Of a stretch of DNA of 64,000 nt, positions 39,350 to 51,289 are shown in pieces. The notes below the pieces were generated by a model. The model searched no databases, was not told where the DNA came from, and saw only the letters and a list, made by a program, of their open reading frames with translations. The stretch comes from Octopus sinensis (lineage: Eukaryota), in assembly GCF_006345805.1 (NCBI RefSeq), contig NC_043003.1:106268001-106332000 (forward strand). The letters are read 5' to 3'. Both the position numbers and the translations under genes were made by a program. Positions within the stretch are counted from its first letter, which is position 1. Each line of letters begins with the position of its first letter.

Positions 39350-40109
39350 ATATATATATATATATATGTGTATGTATACATACATACACAGACAGGTGAA
39401 GACTAGCTTAGTCTTCACTGCTCCACTCAGGCCAAGGAGCGAAACACTTGTGACCCTGGGGTACTGGCTCATGATATGGAAGGGTTTCCAGCATTGCAAT
39501 AGATTTAGAAGAGCTTGGCAAACCTTTGAGTAACTTGTGCAGTTTCTGTGTGGGGCAAAGCACCTCTGACGTTTATTTCACACGCACACACATCATATAT
39601 ATACATACATACATACATATGTGGGTTTCTGTGTGTAGTAAAGTAATCACTGAACCAGACATTCATATGAACAACAAAACGCTTAATAATTGATAATATA
39701 TATACTTGGTACAACTAAAAAACACACATAATTGTTGACTGCACTTGTTTGGTGAGTGATTTTTATCTGCAATCATGTGTTCCATTATAATGGGTGAATA
39801 TCAACCTTTAAACACACACATGCATGAAAAGAACCAAAAAAAAAAAACTCAGTCTTGTTTGATTATTGTATAGTGTTGTGTATATACATACATAGAACAA
39901 ATAACACACACACACACACATACACAATGTGTGCTATTTGTTCAACAGTTTAAATACTAATCCAAAACTGAATACTGTAGAGTGTGTAGCTGTGTGCATT
40001 TTAGAATGGCAGATTTGACTTTTGTGGTGCAGCTGTTTCGGTTCCAATGCAGGACATCAGACCAAAGCCCTCAACTAAATTAATACCAGTTTTTAAATAC
40101 ACATATACA

Positions 40110-40520
40110 TAGGCGCAGGAGTGGCTGTGTGGTAAGTAGCTTGCTAACCAACCACATGGTTCCGGGTTCAGTCCCACTGTGTGGCATCTTGGGCAAGTGT
40201 CTTCTGCTATAGCCCCGGGCAAACCAATACCTTATGAGTGGATTTGGTCGACGGAAACTGAAAGAAGCCCGTCGTATATATGTATATATATATGTATGTG
40301 TGTGTGTGTGTTTGTGTGTCTGTGTTTGTCCCCCTAGCATTGCTTGACAACCGATGCTGGTGTGTTTACGTCCCCGTCACTTAGCGGTTCGGCAAAACAG
40401 ACCGATAGAACAAGTACTGGGCTTACAAAGAATAAGTCCCGGGGTCGATTTGCTCGACTAAAGGCGGTGCTCCAGCATGGCCGTAGTCAAATGACTGAAA
40501 CATGTAAAAGAGTAAAAGAG
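40110..40520 (+). mobile_element. SINE family A
   Basis: Full-length copy. Confidence 0.85.
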
Positions 40521-41047
40521 TATACATACACATCAATATATACACAGACACATATACGTGCATATATGCATACATACATATATATACACACACAAACATG
40601 TAAACGTGTGTGTGTGTGTGTGTGTGATCATTTTAGCACCTATTTTTGCATGCTTGCATGGGTCAGGTGAAATTTATTGAGATGAATTTTTCTATACCCG
40701 GATACCCTTCCTGTCACCAACCTGTACGTTTCCCGGTGAGTATTCTTTCTATGACCAGACATGTTTCCAGAGAAAATTGGAACAAAAAGACACCACTTGC
40801 ATGATGGTGACACTCACTCACTGTCAAAACCAACACACAACAGGCTTCTTTCAGTTTCCATCTAGCAAATTCACTCACAAGGCTTTGGTCAGCCTGGAAC
40901 TGTAGTAGAAGGCATTTGCCCAAGGAGCCATATAGTGGGACTGAACCTGGAAGCTTGTAGTTGGGAAACAAATTTCTAACCACACAGCCACACCTGTGCC
41001 AATATATTTACAAACCTCTAACTGAGCTTTGATTGCATTAATCTTAC

Positions 41048-41106
41048 CTGTTCCTGAGTCATACTTCCTACCTTTACTTCCTGACTAAGTTCATTACAAG
41101 AGAAAT
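41048..41106 (-). CDS. Candidate 59-nt exon (DFSCNELSQEVKVGSMTQEQ)
   Basis: Acceptor TTTTTTTTTCTTTATATTTAG|, donor CAG|GTAAGA, open frame phase 1 to 0. Confidence 0.35.
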
Positions 41107-41614
41107 CTAAATATAAAGAAAAAAAAATCATTTTCCTGACCACTGTCCATGAAATGATCAATCTGATGTGTATCACATGTTTGAACATATCTTTTTAAAT
41201 ATCTATGGTAATAAATCTTATTTCAATATCTAAATCTCTAGTCTCGTTTATTTTAAACATTTGCGTTGTTACCTGTCAACAGGGGTTGGATCAGTCTACA
41301 ACACCACAGGTCACCACTTTACATTAATCTTGTCACTGCCCCCCTCACTGTGGCCTGACATTTTAAGATCTCTGAATATCAGTCTTTGTAGTACTCGTAC
41401 TTAATGCTGATAGAGTTTGGACTTTTCTATCGATCAACCATGTGAGTTACTGTTTCAACCCTTTAGCATTAAAACTGGCTGCATATGGCCCATAATATAC
41501 CATTTATTTTGCCTTCAAATTTACTAGATTCCCCCTCTTACACCTATCTTACTATGGTCATTCTATAAGCAATCCTTTCATTGAAGTCTTGAAGCTATGA
41601 GATAATACATGATT

Positions 41615-42049
41615 CTTCTCTCTTGGCAATCCCTCAAGGTCGAGGATGATGGTCTTCGTGCAAATTTACTGGTGAGTCCGTAGGTGACTGATAAGACCAA
41701 TTCTTGCTTGAAAAGATTGGTCGCAGTGCGGACATCTAGTGCCGGAAGGGAGAGTCGCACGTGGTTGTTGTTGGCACTCCTTCCGTCGTCGTCTTTTCTC
41801 CTCCAGCTCTGCAGACCTTTTCGACTCGAAAGTCGCCGTTTCTTCATGGATGGTGGTTTTCCAGAGTGGTCTGTTTTTTGCCGTTTCCTCCCAGTTAGTG
41901 AAGTCGATGTCACACTTTTTGAGGTTCGTTTTCAGGGAGTCCTTGTAGTATTTCTTCTGGCCTCCTTAACATCAGCTGGGAAGACAGAAGAACAAACGTC
42001 AGCGTGCTACAAGAAGCAAAAATGACCAGCATCACGGCCATGTGGTTAG
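41615..42049 (-). mobile_element. 5'-inverted, truncated RTE (BovB-like) LINE with 11-bp TSD
   Basis: Minus strand encodes GGQKKYYKDSLKTNLKKCDIDFTNWEETAKNRPLW...EKRRRRKE...CPHC...SHLRTH, an RTE ORF2 C-terminus. Plus strand about 41965-42042 encodes the upstream part LNISWEDRRTNVSVLQEAKMTSITAM. TSD AATACATGATT at 41604-41614 and 42050-42060. Confidence 0.85.
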
Positions 42050-43446
42050 AATACATGATTAATTATAATGTGAATAGACAAGCATAACACTTGACACAGC
42101 AATCTGAAAGCTAAAGGGTTCAAATCTGTTTAGCCAGACGACTGTGCTAAACCCCAATGTCCACATTGGTGTGGTTTCTATGGCTGGATGCTTTTCCTTA
42201 TGCTAACCTCTTTACAGAATTATGCTGGGTGCTTTTTTTATGTGGCACCAGCACCAGTGAGGTTACCAAGTAACTTGGAAGACAAGATTTCTGAGTGAAA
42301 ATGTAGTATTCAGGGAAATAGGTTTACACTAGGAATTATTCTTGCCCGTTCTTGCAAATATTTTTATGTAAAAGAAACAGTCTCAATCACTCACTCACAC
42401 ACACACACACCTCATTAACATAACAAGCCTCAGTGTTAGCCAAGATGTCAAAATCATTAAAACTGAAATAAAGATACCATTATGACCAACACTTTTGAAT
42501 TTATTCCTTTATGTGTTCCTGCGCAAAAGATGTGGCCATGCTGGGGTACCGCAATGAATACTTATTCGAAAAATAAACATTAAAAACAAAAAACTAGAAA
42601 TGGTGAAGTATAGACCAATTTTGAACTAAAATTTGCTCTATTCAGAAATTGCTTTGTTCCATCAATAGAAAGTACAGAACACTACATCAGAAATGGTTAT
42701 TAATCACAAGGCAGGTTAGGATACCATTTGTCTTGACAAAAACAGTCGGAGTGTGTTATGTATATTTATCAACAAGCCATAGAATGTCTATGAATGGTTC
42801 AAACAATTTACATGGCAGAAATTCTTTCACCAGCTCCACATAATAAAATGATGTCTGTTCTAACATCATTGCCACCACTAGCACTGCTATGGGAGACATG
42901 TTCTATGGCTATATATATATATATATATATATAAAATAAATATAAGAGAGTGGTCACTATATGGCTCACTCTAGCACCAGTTAATCCAATAGGTTTCAAC
43001 CACAAAAATACATGTTTCCCATGAAAGTCAGTACGATTGTTAGCTCACACGGACAGGGCAAATAAAAAATAACAAAAATACAGATTATTTTGGGACAATT
43101 GTTTCGCTATTAATGAATTAAATGTAATTTTACTTACAAAAAAATCCACTTGTAACGATAAATACGCGTGTGGTTCAATTGATTACATCCGACGTTATAA
43201 TTCAAATGCCCCAACTAACAGCAGCGCGCCAAATTTTCACTATTAAATTAGTATCTAATTCTCTCACCCTTAATAATTAATTATAATTATGCTGCATTTA
43301 TTTCTAAATGCTGTATTTGTTTTCCGTGAAAATTTGGCGCGCTGTTAGTTGGGGCATTTGAATTATAACGTCGGATGTAATCAATTGAACCACACGCGTA
43401 TTTATCGTTATGATAAAATCTGGCATGTGATTGAGTGGATTTCATC

Positions 43447-43542
43447 CAGATAGTTTTGGCTGAGGAGCTACAAGTGGATTTTTTTGTAAGTAAAATTACA
43501 TTTAATTCATTAATAGCGAAACAATTGTCCCAAAATAATCTG
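43447..43542 (+). ncRNA. Type I hammerhead ribozyme, tandem copy 1
   Basis: Helix I CAGATAGTTTTGG/CCAAAATAATCTG (13 positions, one mismatch, one GU); core CTGAGGA 43460-43466; helix II GCTA/TAGC; GAAA 43518-43521; helix III AC-AATT-GT; GUC triplet, predicted cleavage after 43529. Confidence 0.85.
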
Positions 43543-43979
43543 TATTTTTGTTATTTTTTATTTGCCCTGTCCGTGTGAGCTAACAATCGTACTGACTTTC
43601 ATGGGAAACATGTATTTTTGTGGTTGAAACCTATTGGTTTAACTGGTGCTAGAGTGAGCCATATAGTGACCACTCTCTTATATTTATTTTGTAAAAATAT
43701 TATAATATATTATAAAATATTATAATAATCCAGGTTTCTCGGAGCACTAGGCCACTTGGTGTAGAATAGATATACTATTAAATTAGTATCTAATTCTCTC
43801 ACCTTATTAATTAATTATAATTATGCTGCATTTATTTCTAAATGCTGTATTTGTTTTCCGTGAAAATTTGGCGCGCTGTTAGTGGGGCATTTGAATTATA
43901 ACGTCGGATGTAATCAATTGAACCACACGCGTATTTATCGTTATGATAAAATCTGGCGTGTGATTGAGTGGATTTCATC

Positions 43980-44075
43980 CAGATAGTTTTGGCTGAGGAG
44001 CTACAAGTGGATTTTTTTGTAAGTAAAATTACATTTAATTCATTAATAGCGAAACAATTGTCCCAAAATAATCTG
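43980..44075 (+). ncRNA. Type I hammerhead ribozyme, tandem copy 2
   Basis: Same motif as copy 1: CTGAGGA 43993-43999, GAAA 44051-44054, GUC 44060-44062; 533 nt downstream of copy 1. Confidence 0.85.
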
Positions 44076-45649
44076 TATTTTTGTTATTTTTTATTTGCCC
44101 TGTCCGTGTGAGCTAACAATCGTACTGACTTTCATGGGAAACATGTATTTTTGTGGTTGAAACCTATTGGATTAACTGGTGCTAGAGTGAGCCATATAGT
44201 GACCACTCTCTTATATTTATTTTGTAAAAATATTATAATATATTATAAAATATTATAATAATCCAGGTTTCTCGGAGCACTAAGCCACTTGGTGTAGAAT
44301 AGATATACTATTAAATTAGTATCTAATTCTCTCACCCTTATTAATTAATTATATATATATAGCCATATACATGTCACAAGTTGCTGTTATTTAAATGGCA
44401 GCTGACGCAAAACAGGTCGAGATGGGGAGAGAGAAGAAAACTGAACTATCAAGAAATCAAGAAGAGAATTACTCAAAAACACAAAATTACCACACACACA
44501 CACAGAGTAATCAAAAGAATAGGTAACAATAGATTCCAGCAGATTGTTTTTGATGACATATGTTCTATAGGTTTGTGCTGTAAACTAGCCACAGGGCCGT
44601 TAGAAGATGGGACAGAAAAGCTTGCACAGTCAATGCAGCTATCTGTACTCTGGGTTTGAATAATCCCAAAATCAACCTCGTCTTTGAGAAAGTACCAGTG
44701 TGTGGCAGTGGATTATTGAAATCCTTAGAGCATTGGATATAATACATCTTGCACTAACTGCTTCAACATTTTGTATCTTGAGTTCAAATTCCACCCATAA
44801 CACACGGAGAGAAATTACTGAGGTGGACCATAACAGGTAGCAGCACCTTACACAGGCCACCTAACTTCTCAATACAGTTGGGTCATTCATGAAAGGGGCT
44901 TTAAAGACCAAGGCATTTGGCAGCAGGAACATGAACACGCAAGAGTGTTTAACAATAGACTACCAATTCCGTGGTTTCATCACAGATTACAAGACACTTG
45001 GTAACTGTCCCTGATGGACTGAGGCCCTGGCAACATAAACTCTGCAAAATATCAGGAGTTTGTAAAGCAATGACTGCACAGGTTCGTTATGTACCAAAAT
45101 GCGTGATTCTTTCAGCTTTCATCTATTTCAGTCATTGGCACCTCCTTAAAGGGCTTAGCGAAACAAACTGACCCCAGTATTCATTTTTTAAATCTGGTAC
45201 TTATTTTATCAGACTCTTTTAGCCAAACTGCTCGGTCATAGAGACATAAACAAACCAACACCAATTATCAAATTGTGGTGATGGGGCAAACAAACACGAA
45301 CACACACACCACATATATATATATTTCTCACACTAGGACACATCTGGTTAAGACAGTTAACACCTACTTGGAATATCTTACATTCTAGTTGAAAATAATA
45401 AATAAATTTGTTTGTATTCTTAGACCCAACAGCAGCTCAAAGAATGCACGGGGAGAAGTGAAACAAAACAACTATGTACTAGCCTTCAAATATACTGCCC
45501 TACTACTACTAATAATAATAATAATAATAATAATAATTCATTCTTCTATTGGCCACAAGGGCTGACAAAAATCAATTATCACATAAAGGGACAAAACAGG
45601 ACGAAAGGTTACAAAGGGTTTTGTCCGTTTGTGAACAAGTAAAAACGGT

Positions 45650-46137
45650 TTAACAATAATAATGCAATACCAGGCACTGGCTACACCAAATATTCTGCTC
45701 AATACCACAGATTTGCTTGTCAGTTGTTTGACCTTAACCAGCTGAGCATGTCCCTTGGTGGTTGATGATATGTGCATCTCTGATCATGAGCGGGAGTAGT
45801 AGGGGAGCATGATAGCCGTTTGTTGAGAGGAAGTCTTTGGGGTTTGGATAATTCACCGTTAGAAATATGGGTGTTTCCTTCAACATCCTTAAACAACCGT
45901 TATTCAGGGACCTTTTGATTGGGATGGGCTACTCGACCTGAAGAAAATTCTAACTGGGCCCCCACCTGCATGGTCATGTGCTGTTTATCTTGATATGAGA
46001 TCACCATGTCACGCACAAATGGTTGTGATGCATGTGCCTAGTGTACCCTTACCAGACGAGTAGTCATGATGGATATACTGAGCTTCGTATATATTACCCC
46101 AGTGTCACTTTGATGGCATGCACTGCTCTCTCACTAA
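45650..46137. mobile_element. Interspersed repeat fragment flanked by (TAA)n
   Basis: More GC-rich block bounded by TAA runs; only one copy here, so the family is unassigned. Confidence 0.35.
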
Positions 46138-46282
46138 ATAATAATAATAATAATAAAATGAATATGATTAAAAATAATTTCTTCTAACATAGGCACAAGG
46201 TGTCTGAATTGAAGGGAATAGAATAGTCAATCACATCGATTCCAGCAGGACAACAAGCAAAGATGACCTCAGCCACATTTAA

Positions 46283-46491
46283 CCCTTTAGCTTTCAGATT
46301 TCTCTGTCTAATGTAATACTTATTTATTCACATTGTTTTCAGTTTACTTGTAGCTTTGAGATTTCAATGACATGATGGTTTACTTTTAAAATGACATTGT
46401 AGGCTATGCGTGAGAGGCTGGATCTGGTAAATTTGAACATAAAACAAGTAGAATATTTGGGCAGGATATGGCCGGTCTGGAAGCTAAGGGG
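46283..46491 (+). mobile_element. piggyBac-like MITE family 2 (about 210 bp)
   Basis: TTAA-CCCTTTAGC...GCTAAGGGG-TTAA. Related copies at about 15141-15345, 22125-22265, 28604-28820, 41459-42118 (split by RTE) and 58940-59620 (split by SINE). Confidence 0.7.
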
Positions 46492-47499
46492 TTAAACTCT
46501 GGACATAAAACTCAAGAGATACTGCAAAAAGCATTTTGTCCAACACTCCAAAGATTATTTCAATCCTCAACATCATCATCATTTAACATCCATTGTTCAT
46601 GCTGGAATGGGTTGGATGGCTGGCAAGCCAGAAGGCTGCACCAAGCTCCAATCTGATTTGACCTGGTTTCTATGGCTGGATACCCTTCCTAACAGCAACC
46701 ACTCTAAGAGTGAAATGGGTGCTTTTATGTGCCACCAGCACAAGTGCCATTTGCATGACACCAGTATCTGCCATGACTGCAATTTTGCTCAGCTTGATGG
46801 GTCTTCTTCTCAAGCACAACATAATGCCAAAGGTCTTGGTCATTGCCTCTGTGAGGCCCAATGCTTGAAAGGAACTCAACCCCTATGCGTCAATGAGGCC
46901 CAACCATAACATTAATAATTCATTAATTTTAGCACAAGGCCTGCAGTATTAGGGGAGTAGGTAAGTCAATTACATCAACCCCAGTGCATAGCTGGTACTC
47001 ATTTTATCAACTTAGGAAAGGATTAAAGGTAAAAGTTGGCTTCAGCGGAATTTGAATGCAAAGCTGCAAAGTATTTCATCCAGTCTGCTAATGATTCCAG
47101 CAGCTCGCCCTTTCTACTATAGGCACAAAGCCCGAAATTTTGGAGGTCAGGTAGTGAATGCACAACTGGTATTTATTTAAACAAACCCCAGAAGAATGGA
47201 AGGCAAAGTTTACCTTAGCCGAATTTGAACTTGGTACATATGAAATGCCATTAAACATTTTCCCCAGTATGTTACCAATTTTGCCAGCTCTAACAGCTGT
47301 AATTTAATAATACCAACAGAAAGGGACAAATCAGTAGAATAAGAGGCAGAGTCAAGTACACGGACTTTTCTCTGTATCCTTTTAATATCTTACTGACTAC
47401 AAAAGAATGCAAGGCAAAACCAGACCCACAGGAAATTTGGACAGGGAATGTAGAGGTACAAAACCTCTACCATTCCTCAAACCCTTATCTCCCATGTAA

Positions 47500-48520
47500 T
47501 ATAATTTGGAAGTTGATCTGTTTGTGATACCACATAGTTTATAATAACATTTTGTAGAGAAGATCTGCTTGGAGAATTTGAATCACGTGTAAACAAGTCA
47601 GCTTTAAAATGGGAAAAACTGATAGATGAACAGATGGATCCCCCAGGTCTTACTGGAAGAAAAAATATACAAAAATATAGAACTAGTGAAAAGAATCTAA
47701 GATAAGGTTAATAAATTAAATGCCCAACAGATCGCTCCCTCCCCCTTCCATCATACATCAAGAATCCCTATGCAGAGAAATTTTAAAGCTTAATGATGTA
47801 GCAGGCACAGTTATAGACATTGCGAATTATATTAGAAAATATGGCTTAAACCAAAAGCAGTTTTTGAATTTTTTTAGAAGTACAGCCAGCAGAATATGCG
47901 GATGTTTCATAGCATGTGCACACACATACACATACACACACACACACATGCTGGTTAAGTCTAGGGAGAGAAATTTTCAAGAGAGTATGGAATTTGAGAA
48001 GTGAAATTATAAAATTTTTTTTTAGAGATGAAATAAAAATTATGACTTCCTGAAACTTTGTGATAAAAATTAAAATATCAGATTTTTGTATTCGCTGTAG
48101 ATTTACTGATGAACTGGAATGGACTTAATAGAAACTTGCAAGGGAAACGAAGCTTCCCTCATCACTTACAAACAAATGGGAAAGAACGCAACTTAAGCAT
48201 TTGAAAACTTTACAGCAAGTTTTCACTTGAGATGAAAAGCTAAAAAATTATTACAATTCAAAGCTAAGAGATTTTTGTGCCAACTTTCGCAGTAAATTCA
48301 CAAACTATCATCTGTATTTACATCTATTGTTGCTGGAGATTTAGACAAACGTCAACTTCAGCTTCAAAGAATCATTTTAAGCTAGTTTGGGTCTTGAAAT
48401 TTTATGCTTCTCTCAGCAATGAGAAATTTCCAAACTTTCAGAATTGTACTAAGAAATATTTTGTTTACTTTGGTTCAACTTATATTTGTGATTTAACATT
48501 TTCAAATCAAAATCACTGAT
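47500..48520 (+). pseudogene. hAT transposase remnant (SPIN/GTF2IRD2-like), interrupted by (CA)n
   Basis: LKWEKLI...GLTGRK; IIHQESLCREILKLNDVAGTVIDIANYIRKYGLNQKQF; WLSLG..FKRVWNLRSEI; FGSTYICDLTFS; multiple frameshifts. Confidence 0.8.
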
Positions 48521-49630
48521 GTGGTTAATGACAGTACCGCCTGATTAGCACTCATTAACAGCACATCCGAGCGTAATCATTGCCAGAGCCATGGATTGGC
48601 TCCCAAGCCGGTGGCACGTAAAAAGAATCATTCGAGCATGATCGTTGCCAGCATCACCTTATCAGCACAGGACTGGTCCTCGTGCCGGTGGTACGTAAAA
48701 GCACCCACTACACTCTCGGAGTGGTTGGCGTTAGGAAGGGCATCCAGCTGTAGAAACTTTGCCAGATCAGACTGAGTCGATTGCAGCCTCCTGGCTCACC
48801 AGTCTTCAGACAAACCATCCAACCCATGCTAGCATGGAAAGCGGACGTTAAACGTCGAAGATGAAAGATGAAGTACAATAAGTCACAACTAAGAAGTGCT
48901 GATGACCGATGAGCAGACAAAGGGCTTGGAGTTCAGTGCCATTTGCATGTTACCATTTCAGGTCACTGTAAGCCCACAGAAACGGGTGTATTCATCCCAA
49001 AAGTCATTCAGCCACACCACAGATATATAATTGTTAGTATTCTTTTATTGGTTTCAATTATTAGACTGTGGCCATGCTGCAGCACTGCCTTGAAGAATTC
49101 TTAGATGAACGAATCAAACCCAGTACTTATTTTTTTTAAGCCTGTTACCTAATCCATCAATATCTTTTGCCAGACTGCTAAGTTACATGTACATAAACAC
49201 ACCAACATCAGTCGTCAAGCAGTGGGGGGGGAGGTCAAACACACACACACACAGAGAGAGGCTTATTTCAGTTTCCATCTCCCAAATTCATTCACAAGGC
49301 TTTGGTGGGCTGAAGGCTATAGTAGAACGCAGTGGGACTGAACCCAGAAACATTTGCTTTGGAGGCAAACTTCTTACCACGCAACCAATAAACTTTTCAC
49401 TGGGTTTCTGTCTCACAGGCAGCTGCCAACTTTTTTCTATCCAAAGAGGTTTTTAACCCAATATCTACAGACTACTATTTATAGGTTTATCTGCTTTGCG
49501 ATCAACAGTTAAAAAGGAATTATTTTATTAGAATTTTAATGCTTTCATATTGAATGCATTTATGAACAATACAGGAATAGGATAATAACTTTTATAACCT
49601 CAATTACAGAAAAAAAAAATTTAACCAGTA

Positions 49631-49803
49631 AGAGTGGCTGTGTGGTAAGTAGCTTGCTTACGAACCACATGGTTCCGAGTTCAGTCCCACTGCATAGCAC
49701 CATGGGCAAGTGTCTTCTACTATAGCCTTAGGCCGACCAAAGCCTTGTGAGTGGATTTGATACATGAAAACTGAAAGAAGCCCGTTGTATATATGTATGT
49801 ATG

Positions 49804-49842
<39 letters not shown>

Positions 49843-50027
49843 ATATGTTTGTGTTTGTCCCCCCCAACATCGCTTGACAACCGATGCTTAGTGTAACTTA
49901 GCGGTTCGGCGTAAGAGACCGATAGAATAAGTACTAGGCTTACAAAGAATAAGTCCTGGAGTCGATTTATCGACTAAAGGTGATGCTCCAGCATGGCCAC
50001 AGTCAAATGACTGAAACATGTAAAAGA
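49631..50027 (+). mobile_element. SINE family A with target-site duplication
   Basis: AATTTAACCAGTAA occurs on both sides. Confidence 0.85.
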
Positions 50028-50323
50028 ATTTAACCAGTAAAACAGTTAGGCGTATACATCAAGTGTGAATGTATGTTTATTCATATATTATGTGTTTTAT
50101 TGGGGAAATTATTTTCTACAGTTTATTTACTTGCATAACCTTTAGTATTAACAGGCACAGGTGCAGCCATGACTGAGTGGTTAAGAAGCTAGCTTTGCAT
50201 CAACATGTTTCACAAGGTTCTGAGTTCAGTCCCACTGTATAGCGCCTCAGGCTGACCAATGCCTTGTGAGTTCGGCTGATGGAAACAGTGTGGAAGCCCA
50301 ATATATAAATTTATATAAATAAG

Positions 50324-50623
50324 GATAAGATCGATATTTAAATACCAATCTTATCAGGTGGCCAGCATGAGAATAAAAACCTTTCAAGGTAATAATTATT
50401 TTAAATTATAATTTAGGGTATCTAAGAGATACCACCATACTTGAAATAGCAGTCAAAACTTGACTCTAAAACCAATAATTTATCCAGTAATTTTTTGCTA
50501 ATTTATTTTGTCTCTTTGTCTTCTCTACTGGTGCTGTATGAACATTTAATGTGGTTTTAGAGTCAAGTTTTGGTTGCTATTTCAAGCATGGTATATCTCT
50601 TAGATACCCTAAATTATAATTTA
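50324..50623. mobile_element. Fold-back element with about 72-bp inverted arms inserted in the TA-rich centre of an old SINE
   Basis: Arms 50402-50474 and 50552-50623 are reverse complements. Hairpin GATAAGAT/ATCTTATC at 50324-50355. Host SINE halves at about 50160-50300 and 50640-50830. Confidence 0.55.
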
Positions 50624-51289
50624 TTTATATATATATATATATGTGTATGAGAGTGTGCGTCTGTGTTTATCCCCTCCACCATTTGTGAACCAGTGTTGGT
50701 TTGTGTATATCCCCATAACTTAGCAGTTCAGCAAAAGTCACAGCATAAGTACCAAGGTCAATTTGTTTAGCTAAATCCTTCAAGGCAATGCCCCAGCATG
50801 ACCACATTCTAATAATTCAAACACAAAGGTGATGGGAGGAGGCACGCTTATTTGGGAAATCCTTTTCTGGTTTCTCTGTAACATTAAACATAAGTATAAA
50901 AATTTTAATAGATACAAAATATTTCTTTATTGCCCACAAGGGACTAAACATGGAGGGGACAAACAAGGACAGACAAAGAGATTAAGTCGATTACATTGAC
51001 CCCAGTATGTGACTGGTATTTATTTAATCAACCCCCAAAAGAATGGAAGGCAAAGTCAACCTTGGTGGAATTTGAACTCAGAATGTAACGAAAGATGAAA
51101 TACCGCAAAGCATTTTGCCCAGCATGGTAACAATTCTGCCAGATCACTGCCTTATTGATACAAAATATCACCAGGAATATCTTGTAATAAAATTTGGTTA
51201 TATATAAATCCACTGCAACAGGAGAGATTTCCCAAAAGTTCCAACAAGATCCACTGACAAAAATCATTTCTCACTCTTGCTCTATGGAT

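Larger units (their letters stand above)
42933..44352 (+). mobile_element. Non-autonomous Penelope-like/retrozyme insertion: inverted arm (42933-43240) plus about 2.1 tandem 533-535 bp HHR-bearing units
   Basis: Unit start CTATTAAATTAGTATC at 43240, 43775 and 44308. 42933-43240 is the reverse complement of about 43327-43690 with an internal deletion. (TA)n on both sides; no ORF. Penelope assignment is inferred from the HHR, tandem and inverted architecture. Confidence 0.7.

Noticed and set aside
43394-43470. Deletion in the inverted retrozyme arm interpreted as a spliced intron
   Set aside because: Boundaries do not fit GT-AG on either strand; TA microhomology explains it better.
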